From positions 13,764,001-13,828,000 of the forward strand of contig OU015567.1 in assembly GCA_907165135.1 (NCBI GenBank): a stretch of DNA of 64,000 bases. The letters are read 5' to 3'. Position 1 is the stretch's first letter; each line of letters starts with the position of its first letter. Under the pieces are notes generated by a model. That model was not told the DNA's origin, did not search any database, and saw only the letters and a program-made list of their open reading frames with translations. The translations under genes were made by a program, and so were the position numbers. Of this stretch, positions 36,298-49,900 are shown in pieces. The stretch comes from Oikopleura dioica (taxonomy: Eukaryota; Animalia; Chordata).

Positions 36298-37773
36298 ATG
36301 AAGCTCGAAGAATTGTATGAACTCTTCGAAAAGAACATAAATGAGCCGCATCGCGAAGAGACCCTCAATGCAATGGTTAATCATCCCCAAGGAAACATCC
36401 TTGCTCAGTGTGTATTTGAGCGAGCAAATGCGCCTCTTTTTCTCGCTGCTAAGAATCAGCTTCTTCCTAACGACGAGGGCGATGAATACGGCCCGTTCGA
36501 TTCTCTTTTGGAAGCAGGTTATTGCAAGAGGATCCTTCGAGTTATGGCCTGCGAGGATTATGTAATCAATCTCTTGAAAGACGAATTTCTGCGTAGATAC
36601 GAGCGTGAACCGGACAGTTTGTCCGATATTGTCCGAATTCTGGCCGATCGAGAAGAAATCAAGAACGAATCCATGATTCCAAAAGCTACTTTTGAGATGG
36701 ATGCGTATTACCCGACAGTGAAAATTGGCAGTGAGTGGATCATTTCAGACACTATGATAAATGGTCCAGACGCATGTAACAAATACGACGAGCCACAGAC
36801 AGACGGACTCGAGCTGTATGTTTACAAGATTTCAAGATCAAGTGGCATTCTCTTGAAGGAATTGCATCTTCCTCTGTCTTTTATTGGAATGCCGAATTTG
36901 CTTCTGGAGCCATTTCTTATTATGTTTGATGGAACCGACAGCTTTGAAGTTCACAATTTGCTCGAACCAACCGGGGCACCAATGACTATTAAAAGAAGTA
37001 GAGAAATAGTTGGCGATATGGACTTCGGCCTTTGGGCAGGGTCGAAATACGATAGCGATATTCGTATCAATGGAAAGCCCCCTGAAAGTGTACTTTTTCC
37101 AGTCGTCTATATGCCGAATGCAACGAGCGTTTGCGTAGAATGCACTAGAATTGGAAGATCGTCAATCCAGATTCTATGGAAAGAAACTTTCCATTTTCCT
37201 GAAGAGTACGAGGCTAATATGATTTTCTTAGACCGCGACAACTATGTTCTATTGATCAACGATCGAGGAGATACCCATATCTTTCACATTATCCTGTCCA
37301 AACAAAAAATAAAGCGATACTTTCTCGCGGCCTCAGAATACTTCTCTTTTGGATTGTTCAAAGAGCAACTTGTCATGGGACATTTTGGCTACACAACAGA
37401 TGAAAACAATCGCCAAGTTATGTCCTTCGGATTTTTGACTGACAAGGAAGACGAGAATTTTCAAGTTGCATGTTTCTTCAAAAATGGAGATCATGAAGAT
37501 ATTTCAATAGGAAGAGACCAGATACTGCATTTCAGAAATTTACACACTGAAGATACGACGATAAAAATAATAAGCATAGATTACCTGTTGAATTTTCTGG
37601 AGGATAGAGAGCAAGAAAAGACTATTCAAACTATTGAAATAATGGGTATCGCCGAAACAAAACCTGTCATTGAAATAGGTACTCTCTTAACGTTCGACAT
37701 CTTGGGTAAATTTCATTTTAGAGAGTCTCTCCGTCGAAGAAACTGCGAAAGAGAGTGCTCAGAAAGAATTTGA
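36298..37773 (+). CDS. Intronless 491-aa protein, possible F-box-like motif plus beta-rich C-terminal domain
   Basis: Long clean ORF preceded by a TTTTAG acceptor. PFDSLLEAGYCKRILRVM resembles an F-box start. The family call is weak. Confidence 0.6.
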   Translation: MKLEELYELFEKNINEPHREETLNAMVNHPQGNILAQCVFERANAPLFLAAKNQLLPNDEGDEYGPFDSLLEAGYCKRILRVMACEDYVINLLKDEFLRRYEREPDSLSDIVRILADREEIKNESMIPKATFEMDAYYPTVKIGSEWIISDTMINGPDACNKYDEPQTDGLELYVYKISRSSGILLKELHLPLSFIGMPNLLLEPFLIMFDGTDSFEVHNLLEPTGAPMTIKRSREIVGDMDFGLWAGSKYDSDIRINGKPPESVLFPVVYMPNATSVCVECTRIGRSSIQILWKETFHFPEEYEANMIFLDRDNYVLLINDRGDTHIFHIILSKQKIKRYFLAASEYFSFGLFKEQLVMGHFGYTTDENNRQVMSFGFLTDKEDENFQVACFFKNGDHEDISIGRDQILHFRNLHTEDTTIKIISIDYLLNFLEDREQEKTIQTIEIMGIAETKPVIEIGTLLTFDILGKFHFRESLRRRNCERECSERI

Positions 37774-37954
37774 GCTGATAGATCGGTCGAACATCGGACG
37801 CGCATCACGAAATAAGATAGAAATATTTATTTAACAATTCTGCTAAAATATGTTACAAATTTTTAGCCAAATCATTTTATCTGTCAATTCTTACCAGTAA
37901 AATTCGACTCTCACACTACTCTTAAAAGATTTTTTAGATTAACAAGTCCTTTCT

Positions 37955-40911
37955 ATGTGGGGAGGCTTCGGCGGCTTTGGCCAAGGATGGCGAGGCCAAG
38001 GAAATCGCGGCGGTGGCTACGGCCGCGGTGGCGGAAATTTTCCAAATCGCGGAGGCTACCGGTAAGATTTTTGTCGTTTTTTTTCATTTCTAATCGATTG
38101 CCGTAGACAACAAATGTGGAACGGTATGCCTATGAACAATGGCATGCGAATGCCGATGGGCGGCATGAACAATATGGGCGGTCGGATGCCGATGGGTGGT
38201 ATGCCGATGCAACAAAATCCTCGTATGCAAGGACAGGTTAGTTGCAAACCTTTTTGTTTCATCGCGAATTGTTTTAGCCCGGGCCGATGAGCTATGCAGG
38301 AGCAGTCAAACAAGAGAGCAATGAGCCAAAATTCGCTCCTCAACAAAAGCCCCAACAAGCTCCACCTAAGAAAAATTGCGCTTGGAGCAAATGGGCTTTG
38401 GAAATATGGGCGCTGGATTCGGTTGCTCACAATTTACTCCCAATCAGGGCGAAGAAATGCCAACTATGCTGCACATGGGATATGATGGCGAAGGATTCGG
38501 GGACGACCCTGCTGGAGAAGGTTATAATTATGTAAAAGAAAAAAAATTCACTTATCTTTTAGTGAAAACTGAAGTAAAGATGGGTAGTTCCACTAAAGAA
38601 TCTGCCCCTAAACTTGGCAAAATGGGCAAAGTTGGTGATATGAAGCCAGTGGATAGTGGCGAAAAATCTGAATGGCCACCAAGTCTCATGGACTACATTT
38701 CCCGCGCGTTTTCTTCCTGCAGAAATGACCAAGAAAAAGACAAGACAGAAAGTTATTTGAAAGATCTTCTGAACGGACGATTGAAATCAGGCTCTGCTTA
38801 TGAAATTGACTGGGAAAGCGAGCCGCTTCCGAAGGATATCTTTGTCGACAAGGGCAAGATCTCATACGAAAAGAATACGCAGCGAGATATCATGTACGAC
38901 TCAGCCAAGAGAGACGCGGACTTGTTAGAATCTATGCGTTCAATGACGAACGTCCCAAGAAAAATGACCAAGGCCGAGAAGAAGGCAAAGAAACGAGGAG
39001 CTGTAGCTGGTCTCACATCAGCTGAAGCTCAGAACTATCAAGTCGTTGATCCAATGGAAGGTAAGCTAGAATATTAAGTTCATTCCCACCTTAACTCTTT
39101 TTAGGCGTGAAACGCGCCGCCCGAAACATGCGATTCCAGTCTGACATGAAGAAAGAAATGCAAAAGCGTCAAGTTCCACTTCAACTCAATCTTGGAGGCG
39201 GCTTTGAGGCGCCGAAAACATTTGATCCGTCAAAAGCGAAAATTATCGGCACTAGCACTCAAGTATTCAAGCCTTATCTTCGTCTTACCTGTGCTCCTGA
39301 GCCTTGGGAAGTTCGAACTAAAGCCCAGCTTCCAAAATCTTTCAAGGTAAAGTTGCTAAGAGAGCATAAAAATTATTAAATTGCGTCCAGGCTGTTCTCG
39401 AGCGATGGAAAGACGAGAACAACTACAAATGGACTTGCGAGCAGCTCAAATCAATCCGCCAGGATTTGACTGTTCAGTGCCTGAGAGATGAGTTCATGGT
39501 TGAAGTCTACGAGACTCACGCTAGGATCGCGATCGAAGCTCAAGATCACGCTGAATTTAATCAATGCCAATCACAACTTGCCATGCTCTACAAAGACGGC
39601 AAAAAGTCAGATAACAAGGCGGAATTCGCAGCATACAGTATCATTTATTGGTATGTAAAAATTGTTCTTGCAATTTTCTTTAATAATCATTTAGTCTTTA
39701 CACAAGAAATATGACGGACATGACCAAACGTCTCTCCCAACTTACAGAGGACATGGCAAATGAGACTATCATTTCCGATGCTCTCAAACTTCGCTCTCAC
39801 CTTTGTCTCGGAAATTATTTGGTAAAGACTTATATAATACTTATATGATATAAGTTATATCGGAGAAACTTTTCCTAACGATTTTCTAGGGCTTTTTCCG
39901 TATCTACAAACGCTCTAGTGCTCATATGAAAATGCTTGTTGGAAAGTTTATTGAGCGTGAGAGAAGAAAGGCAATTTGCACTATTGTGAAAGGGTGAGTT
40001 TGCAGGGCAGGTTTTTTCGCAGTTTGAGTCTCATGTGTTTCTGCTTTGGAAAAGAGTGACATTGCGCGATCGAGAAGAGTGAACCAAACAGCCACAGAAG
40101 AAGTTACGAACTCGAAAGTTACAATCAAGTCAGCAAAAATAAGAATACAAGAAAACACCTCAAAATAGTGACCACACGAACCGACCCCATTAGCTCAAGA
40201 ATGCCCCAGAACCCATAGGCCCTCATCCCCTCCCAAATCACGCAAGACTGGATTTTCCACGACGAGGCACCACCAAAAGAGCACGCTGAAAAGTTATAAG
40301 AAGAATCAGCTTACAAGTATGAAAAACGGGGTCCTCTGAAAGGAATTGAAAGTCAATCAGTCAGGTTCAGCAAGCTCTAATCATCGTCTTCGTTCGCTTC
40401 CAATTTCGACTTCTTACCTTGTTGAAAGTCGCCCTTCATTCCTTTATTTCGTTTTGACCACATTTTGACCGCCACTGGCAGAGAAATTTGATATATAATT
40501 TCTTATAGTTTTAACTTTTCTAAATAGTTTTATTAAGAAAAATGCAGTTATTCTAACTGACTGTTTCTCCGATTATTCGACAGAAAATATATTTCGAGCA
40601 GCTCGAATCGAGCTTAAAATAGGACTTTTGTTCAAACGAATTATAATAGAAATCAATTCTGGTCAGTCAGAAATGTAAATCACGGTATAAAAAAGCAGGG
40701 CAGGTCAAGCATTTCGTCCATTACTTGTATAATTAGTTTCCGACCATCGTTTCCGGTCAGTGATATCGCCGATCAGCTAGCATTCGACGACGAAAAAGAA
40801 GCTCTTCAGTTCCTGACGGAGAACAAGTTGACGATCAAGGATGATCAAGTAGATTGCAAAGAATCTGTTGATGTTGTTCCAGCCATTAGAGCAACTATAA
40901 AGGCCGATTGA
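37955..40911 (+). CDS. LENG8: LENG8/THP3-like SAC3/GANP (PCI) protein with RGG/Met-rich N-terminus, multi-exon
   Basis: [13 protein letters not shown]...[32 protein letters not shown] and [14 protein letters not shown]...[11 protein letters not shown]...[12 protein letters not shown]. Confidence 0.9.
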
Positions 40912-41127
40912 GGGGTCGTATTGATTCCAACGTTTCCTTTTGCTCAAACGTTCATGACTGCCAGGCTTCAGACAACAAAAATAAACTCTATTTGGGATCC
41001 CTTATTCATGTAGCAAGATGTGTGTTTAGTTCGACAAAATCTCAATAAATGACAAACCTTAGTTTTTCTATTGTCTCACTCTTTCTCTTGCTTGCAATTT
41101 AGTTAAAACCAAGTCTTTTAAGACAAG

Positions 41128-43326
41128 ATGACGGACACCACTACAAGTGTCCCTATTCCTACTTCGGAAAGTATCGTTGCTTCTAATCCATTTGACGATG
41201 TGAAGGTTAGCATGTTCGTATTTACAAGATAAATGTAATCATATCTAGTCTCCGAAAACCACGCAAGCAGGAATGCCTCCTCTATCGCATGCGAATGAAA
41301 ACTTCATGAGTCCTCCTCCAACCGCACCTTCACCGAGCTCGAGTGGTCCTAATTACCCAATGACGTCGAGTAGTCCGAGCATGATGCCAGGTGGTTTTCC
41401 TGGAATGGGGCAGCCTGGTGCTGGACCACCTCAAAACTGGCCTGGTATTCAGAATAACGGAATGCCTGGTGGATACAGACCACCGAGTAGCATGCCACAA
41501 GGGATGGGGATGCCTAATATGCCGGGTGGAATGGGCCCCGGTTTTATGAACGGTATGCCGCCAGGGATGTTTCCTGGAGGACCTCAGAACAACGGCCTTC
41601 CAGGAGCGCCCGCCGGATTTCCGCCTCGTATGGGCATGAGAATACCTACTCCTCCCGATCAAGTTGGTAATAATCAGGTAAGAGCTCCATGAAGTTGATC
41701 TGTTTAATGACGAAAACCATCAAAGATGACGAACGAGCCGGACGAAATGAACGAGATTCTTCAAATCAGGGACTCTTTATCTGAATTCGCAAACGAAAAG
41801 CCAAGCCCGTTGATGCCTTTATCGACGAATGAAAAAGCGAAATGTGGGAAGTGCAAGAGTGATGTGGGTATTCAGGAATCATCACTCATCTTAACTCTTT
41901 TTATCCTAGATCTTTCCGAAAGGCGATATTGAAGAACTTGTGCGGTGTTTTGCATGCAAGACATGGTTTAGAAGAACTTGTGTTGGGCTAACAGAACTAG
42001 CTTTTAAAAGATTGGTGATGGAACAGGAATATGTTGCCTGGTCGTGTCAAGTATGCGTATGTGAAAGAATGTTTAAGGATTAATAAACTTTAGTCTTGTA
42101 TTGAAAACAAAGTCGTCAATTCAATCGTCCCCAAAATTGAGAAAGAATACTGCACAAATAGACCTGTTCCTCCGGATGCTCCTGTTCATGCTTTAGCAAA
42201 ACCAGAGAAACGCGATCGAAAGAGTCGCAAGACGACTAAAAATGGGAAGGCAAAAAGTAAAAGTAAACCAAGTCATGATCAATGAAATTCAACTTTTGTT
42301 CAGCTGCTGCCCCGCCGCAAATAAATGCCCCTTCTCAAATGCGGCCGCCGATGGGAATGGATCCGAGGTTTAGAATGATGATGAACCCAGGAATGATGCA
42401 GCGTATGAACCCGATGATGATGAATCGTCATCCGCTAAGGGATTTTAATATTGATTAATAAAAATTATTTTCAATATAAAAATGTAACGCTCTATGATTT
42501 TGATCCCTGCTAAAGATGATGGGAGGAATGATGCCTCCAGGAATGATTCACCCTGGAATGCAACAGGGTCAGCAACCTGGAATGCCTCCAATGTCACAAG
42601 GTGCATCAATTAAAATTAAATTATCCATGATCATTTTTATGTAGGTCCAACTGGCTTTCCCGGAAATGACCAACGATTCCAGCCTCCTGGTGGCGTTGGG
42701 GGTCCTGGTGGCCCTGGAGGTCCTGTCGGCCCCGGAGGTCCTGTCGGCCCTGGAGGTCCCGGAGGCCCTTGTGGATTTATGCCTCAAAATCCACAGCAAA
42801 ACATGCAAACGCCTCCTTTATCATCTCCCCAGGCGCAACCCGGTCAGCTTCCTTCATTTGATCCTAGAATGAACGGTCCAGGAGTCGGCCAACCTGGTTC
42901 TCAGCCTCCTGGACCAGCGACGTCATTGCCCTCTGACTTCGTAAGGCAGATTTTTTTACCTTTCATTAAACGCCTTTTTAGATGAATCCGCCCAGCTCCA
43001 ATCCCACTGACGACCCTCTATCGGAAATCACCGGATTAGATCCACTATCGGATTCAAAGACGGAGCCAAATTTCAACAGCCAGATGGACCTGAGCGCGAT
43101 CATGAACTCGATGCAAAGTGGCGCCCCAAATCAAGAAGAAAACTCGGCAGCTCCCAAGAGCGAACCAATGGCATCAAATCAATCCGAAATGCCTTCCATC
43201 GCGCTGCCAAAAAGTGAGCCGATCAAGACGGATTCTCCGATGGATATTGCCACTAGTTCTGCGGAGCCACCTAAAGCCGAGTTCCCCAAGATGGAGCAAA
43301 TGGAAGCGAAAATGGAACCTCAATGA
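41128..43326 (+). CDS. PYGO: Pygopus-like protein (NHD NPF motif, Pro/Gly/Met-rich linker, internal PHD-type finger, long C-terminal tail)
   Basis: IVASNPFDD matches the Pygo NHD. Spliced finger [35 protein letters not shown] has Pygo-like spacing. Confidence 0.75.
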
Positions 43327-43802
43327 ACTCAATACCTATCTTGTTTTTGAACGAATTATGCGACGATGCATCAAAGTACAACTTTACTATTTTTTGTTCA
43401 AAATACCACCTGTTACACAACTTTTTAAAATTAATATTTAATTAAAAATGCTTCTAAGTCGATCATTCATGTTACTCGTTTACCCTTTTATCACAGTGAA
43501 ATAGTGACGATTGTGATTTAAAATACTGATTCTTCTGCCTTATGAGAAATTTTGCTGCCGGTCAAGAAGAGCATAAAAATTCTGAATTTTGATTCTGATA
43601 ATTTAAGTTTTGTCCTAAGTTTCATTTCTTTTATTCATTTCTTTAACTGGAGTACCCGCAATATTGTCCTGTATATTCCTAGTCCTTTTCTGACAACTGC
43701 CATTTCTAGCTTGATTCTTTTCATTATTTAAATCCCTTCTTACCAATTTCAGTATTTTTTTCTTTCAGCTTCTTCTGTTTTATTTATCGTTTTTTTATAG
43801 AA

Positions 43803-45356
43803 ATGTCTATCGACGAGCTTTGGACGACGATTCTCAAGCAGAGCAGCCCGTCAACAGCCGGAAGCACTTCTAAGACTGTAGTTTTCCTCGGCGACTCTCT
43901 TTGTGGAAAGAGAACGCTTCTTTCCAAGTTCTGCGGCCAGGACGGCGAGATCTACAGAGGCCACGGACTCGGCTTCGATTACATTCCAGTCAAAAACAAG
44001 GTATGCTGTGTTATCCCTTTTGCTTCTCACGAGTATCGATTAGGACGATGACGAGCTCGGGCAACTGTCTATCTACTCGATCGACGCTGCCGCTCCTTTG
44101 AGAGCGCAAGTCAAAGCGGCTCTTCCGAACAAAGAAGCATTGGAAGATTCAATCATCGTGATTGCTGTTGATCTTTCTAAACCTTGGCTCGTCCTTGAAT
44201 GCCTTTCGAACTGGATCAAAGAAGTCAAAGTATAGTTATTTTATCTCTATCTCTTCTATGAATAAATGTAGGAACACAAAGACAAGTGGCTCGAATTGAG
44301 CGGGAGTGACCGGAACGATATGGCCGACAACTTCCAAAAGAAGTGGCTGAAAGCAGGTCAACTGGAGGAACTTCCAGAATCAGCTCTTTCCGACAACTTA
44401 GGGGTTGAAATCATCGTTGTCGGTCTAAAGTCTGACGCGCTGCAGGTAACACTAGGAGCACTTTGTTCATCTCAAACGGATTTTTCAGGGAGTGCTCAAC
44501 GACGAAGGATTAACAGAAAAGCACGCTGATCTTTTGCAATACCAGCTGAGAAAGAAATGTCTTGAGATTGGAGCATCCCTTATCTACGCAAGCGTAAAAG
44601 AACCAAGAACTGTGGAAACTTTGAAAGCCTACGTTCTGAAAAGGTAAAGCAAACGTTATCATTGATAACTTATCAAATTCTATATTCTGATGAAAACGTT
44701 AAGATTATATGATGTTGAATCTGATATTTTACAACCACGTGGTGTATCGAGAGAGGCACTTTTTATTCCCATCGGATGGGAGAGCGAAAAGCGCGTCAAT
44801 TTACTTATGGAAGGAGCCGGACTTCCCGAGGACATTCCTGCACCGCAGCAAAAGTAAATACAGTAGTGGATCCTAGAATCATGACTCTATATTATAGAAC
44901 GTACAATTTCGAGCAAGAAATCGAGCCCGAAGATGAGCAAAAATCGCTCCACAGAGTTGCTGAAATTCTTGAGCAAGCGGCAAGGTAGGAATAAGCTAAA
45001 TGCTTTCGACCGTTTTTAACATCTGTACAAGCAAAAACCCAACAGCAGCTGCTGCAATGACAAAAAGTCGTCTCAACTCATCGGCATCAGCCTCTCCCGG
45101 TAATCCACAGTTGCCAAGACCGTCTGGAGCTAGTCTTAATGCTTCGATTTCCGGATCCCCTGGCGGAAAGGTATAAATTCTCTTGAGTCTCATAAATAGC
45201 GAGTTTTAGCTGGGTGCGATGCCTTCACCTGGCTCTGGCCAACACTCTGAGCGAATGCTCGCCGATTTCTTCAATCAACTTCTCCTGAAAAAAGGCCCAA
45301 CCGGAGCGGCAAACAGTCCGAAGCCGGGCACTCCTGGAGCGTCGGCCAAGAAGTAG
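43803..45356 (+). CDS. DYNC1LI: Cytoplasmic dynein light intermediate chain, multi-exon
   Basis: ELWTTIL, VVFLGDSLCGKRTLL, GLGFDY, NLGVEIIVVGLKSD, ALFIP.GWE and C-terminal MLADFFNQLL. Confidence 0.88.
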
Positions 45357-45679
45357 ACCTGTTCCTATCATCTGCTACGTCGGGACCTAACCTAACCTGA
45401 TCAGTTACGAATGTTTCTGTTTCTTTCAAAGAGTACCCATCATTATTTAACTTCGTTAATAACTTGCTTCATCTTCCTTTTCCGTTAAAAAGACTTTAAT
45501 CGTAGACTTTACTAAAATTTACCTTTGAAGCTGTCCACGTGATACTAATGAATACTTTTCGCATTCTACATGTTCATAAATTTTCGTGAATTTCTTCATT
45601 CATCAGTTTTTATTTCAAACAAACGTCAAAGTTCAATTTTTTCTAGATTTAAATCTCACGCATTTCAGATTTTGCAAAC

Positions 45680-46761
45680 ATGCCAGCAGTAGCGGATACA
45701 GACGAGAAAATGCTCAAGAACTTCTTTGTCAAAAAGATTGAAAACAACACGGAGCAAGTGCAAAGCGCCATTATCGCGATGGAAACTTTGCTGGAAGCGA
45801 TAAAGATTGACAAGTCGTCGACGACGATCATGGAACTGATCGACAGACTTGGAAATGTACGGAAGTTGTTGGCGGATATCGACATTGTTCCGCAAAAGTA
45901 AGCGCTTGAATTAAAGATTAATTTCACCCTTTATTCTTTCAATAAAGAGCTTCGATAAAATCCGGATCGGAGCTGTTTCTGCGCTTCACTACGATGATGA
46001 TTTCCGACATTATGCATCAGAGTTCCGATTTTGACAAAGTCAAAGAAGCACTCATCGATCGAGGAGCACAATGCATCGCAACGATGAAACTTTGCCGCGA
46101 AAAAGCAGTTCGTCATTTTCAAACCTTCGTTCCCGAGAGCGCCCGGGTCCTGATTCATGGTTACTCTCGCGCAGTTGCCGATGCTATTCGATTAGCTGCT
46201 GTCAACGGAAGATTAAAATGTGTCTATCAGACAAAATTGTCGACTGCTTCCACTGATGATGAAGAACGAGGCAAGTTTTTGAAGGAAATTTCCGACGCTG
46301 GAATTGAATGCTACGAGGTTTTGTCGGAATCAGTTGCGTATCTTATGGAAAGGATAGATGTTGTTATTTTGGGCGCCGAAGCTGTTGTTGAATCTGGATC
46401 AGGTTCGAATATTACAAATGACTAGGGAAATAATGCTATGTCTAGTGATAAGTTCAATTGGCAGCTATGGCGTGGCAATTACAGCAGATGTTCACAAAAA
46501 GCCGGTTTATGTCATTTGCGAGAGTTTCAAATTTATGCGAAGTTATCCGATGAAACAGATGGAAGTCGAACAAGACCACAAATACACTGATGGCGACAAA
46601 GGACATCCGATCGGCGATTTGACTCCGGCCAAGTTTGTGACTTTGCTAATTACTGACCTTGGCGCTCTTACTCCTGCTGCTGTCGGTCATCATCTTATTC
46701 AGGTAGAATTTGTTTTTAAGAACTATTTGCACTGACCCCTGTTTAGCTATATTCCGGCTGA
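45680..46761 (+). CDS. EIF2B1: Translation initiation factor eIF-2B alpha subunit, multi-exon
   Basis: SGSELFLRF, RVLIHGYSRAV, VILGAEAVVESG, PVYVICESFKF.R.YP and LLITDLGALTPAAV. Confidence 0.92.
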
Positions 46762-46938
46762 AGAAATTTAGTAATAATTTATATTGTGCAAAAGTCATGT
46801 TCAAATCGATCGATGCTAGTTCTGTTTGAATAAATTGAAACCAAGGAAACTTTCTGTCTTTTCTAGAGCTTCTGTGTTGGATGTTTCCTTGCGACTATTT
46901 GTTTCATTTGAGAAAATTAAGAGATCGAGAATGTCAAG

Positions 46939-49900
46939 ATGAGCGAAACGGGCATTCGCAGAAACGTGGACAAACTAGGCCACGTGCTCGAGGAGGTGCG
47001 CGAAAGGGCACTTCTTCATCTCAATACGAAGCTCGTCCACGGGCTGGTCACACTTGAGGACTTGAACAATTGTCCAGGCTTCGCAAGACGGCTCTTAGGA
47101 AAATGGATAGAATTCGACATTTAGATCTAAAAATAATAAAAAAGCGACTTTCTATCCAAACTAAGAATGGTTCAACTCCCCGAATCCTTCCCAAAAAGTC
47201 CTAGTGCTGGACCTAATCAAGCGTTCTCTAAAAATCAAACCGAAACTCTACTCGGAACTAGGCTTGAGCGAATTCATTTCGGCAATGATGCCAGATTTGA
47301 CTCCCGATGAGCAAATCATTGCCGAAGACGTTTTATCAGACTTTCATGAAATAACGATCAACTCCACCAAATCTTCCTCATGTACGACTCTGGATGACAC
47401 TGAAAATATGCCTCGCTCGGCGTACTTTCTCGGCGAGAATCGCCCCAAGAACCAGGAAAAGTATCCGAGCTGGATGAAGGTCAAACTTTTGCCGTGGCAG
47501 ACGTTAACTCTCACTGATCGACAAGTTCTCCAGCATACATATTCCTCCCTCTGCTCTCGCGACAATGAAACTGTATCCGAATATGCTCATTTTTTCGCGG
47601 AAGTGATTCTAAAGGACTTTCCCGCGGAGATTTTTGTCCAGCGACCCGGAATTCTTCAAGCGCTGATTGCCTTCGTCTTAACGATTCCAGAGATTTCTCA
47701 TCTGACGACATCTTTGGAAACGATTGAAAATTTCATCAAAAAGCTTGACTCCAGAATCGTGCAAACATCAGATGCCTCTTGGACGAATACTCATCAACCT
47801 GGCTACCCGCTTGGCTACGAAATCGGCACTGGCGTCGATCAATGGGAAAGGGATGAGCTTCAGGATCTCGTGAAAGGACAAACAGCAGTTCCAATAATTC
47901 TGGTCGAAATACTCGAATGCCTATCTGGGATTCTAGGAAATCTGCAGATAGGAAGCGTTCTTCTCTGCTCGAGAGTGATGGTCTGCGTTGCGAAAAGCTA
48001 TCGCAAATGCATTTCATTGAGCGAATTCAATGATGCAAATACGCAAGATGGTATTTCGAGGTACCTGATCGTCAAGCTACGAAATATCCTCGAAATCATT
48101 GCGCTTCAAGTCGAAAAATTCAGCGCGCAAACTCTTGTCAACCAAACGAGTGAAGATCCTGTTCAACTTTACAACGCCTACTCTTCCTTGATTTCAGAGC
48201 TTCTTAGAAACCTTTGCTGCCCATTGACAGTAAATCAAGTATCGTCTCTGGCTCTCGAGCGAGCATTGAGAATATTGGCGTTCGATCATATTTCACAGTT
48301 CAACTTTCCGAAGGACAGTTACTTGTGGAAGGTTTTACAAGCGATCGATCCATCGACGATTCAAACAAGCGAAATTCTCTTCAGCAGATGTTCTTCTTTG
48401 AAGAATGCGTCGAAATTTGGAAGCTCGTTTTCGAAGCTCAAAAGAGCCGACGCGTTGGAAATTGGTCTCAGTGGTTGCGAAACGACAAGTGTTCACCTTT
48501 CGGCGAATTTCATCGAAACCTGCATATATGCCGCGTCTATTTACAAAGATTGCGATAGATTGGTGCTGATGTTGCTCAAGGATACTAACACGACTGTGAG
48601 AGAAAGGACGGTGGAGGGTTTAAAAAGGTTTATCGAGAAAATATGTGACGATGTTGCTGCCTCCGGAAACACGTATCAATCAAAGCCTCTTGTTTATCTT
48701 CTTTCTCCGCAAGTTCTTGAAGAACTCATCCGCCACTCACTCGATGACCAGTCTGTTTCTGTCTCGAAGACAACTGCTGCTATTTTATCAAGATTGCTTA
48801 CAACAAACATGCTTTGGGACGAAGAACTAAAAGCAATTCTCAAAGTGACAACGGAAAAATTTGGCCACTTTTTGGAAATCTTCGCCGACGACGAATCGCT
48901 GGGGACACCTCTTCGCGAGTTTTACCTGTCAGAAGATAGGTTGAAAATCAACCGGATCAAGTCGGCCCTGCGAATGCTTCTCTGTAAGAGGCGCGATCAA
49001 AGAAGGCAAGTCATGTCTTTGATGAGCGAAGAACTTCAAGAAGTCTGTGGACGACCAATGGATGCGCTAATAGACTACTTCACGATCTCGAATCCGCTCG
49101 AGCTCAACGACCAGCGACAAATGGAGAACATCTTCAGAGTGGACACAATTGAACGACTTTCGCGAATTTTAAAAAGCGAATCTACCGATATTTCGCTGCG
49201 TTATTCCTCTTTTGCTCAACTAGCGATTATAACTGTCGAGCCAGATCTGGTGGAGATCTTCTTACAAGAATGTGGCTATGTCATGCTTTTGGAAGAAATT
49301 AAAAAACTCGCTGATCAAGGAGCTCTAACACCACAAGAGAAAGACGCGGCAGGAAGTCTCTGTGATATTCTTAGACATATTTGCGTGGTGAAAGATGTGA
49401 TTGCCAAAGAGGTTTCTCTGATGCTTCCAGCTTTATGCGATCTTGTCAAACTCGTCGAGCACACGTCTCTCAGTCCAAAGAACCACGCGAAAGTTCTGGC
49501 AACGCTGAATATTCTCCTATTTCTTGAAGTGCTCAAATTCAACGAAAGGGGTCACGCACAATGCCCAGGCATCATCAACAGACGAATTTTGCTTCCATTT
49601 GCTGTAGAATTTATCCCAAGAATAACGACGCAGCCAACGATATCAATCAGCGAAGAAGAAAAGCTCAAACATCCGAGTGCTCAAAGATCTCTTCGACTTG
49701 CATGGAGCTCGACAGCTCCCACAGGCGATTTCGCGGAGATTTTAAAGAAGCAAGATTGCGACAAACACTCCTGGCCTCACTTCGACCTGGAAACCATCGG
49801 ATCGCACATGGAGGCAGACTTGAAAGCCGCTGAAGATCACAAATCCTACACTCAAGCCGTTGAAAGCGCATTTTACAATCATCAAATATTTCCGGAAGAT

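Noticed and set aside
41867-41909. Possible GA-AG intron in Pygopus (CAG|GAATC)
   Set aside because: A canonical GT donor (GAT|GTGGGT) in the same phase explains the junction.
42690-42770. Collagen-like GPGGP repeat
   Set aside because: Too short and irregular for a triple helix; part of the Pygopus low-complexity tail.
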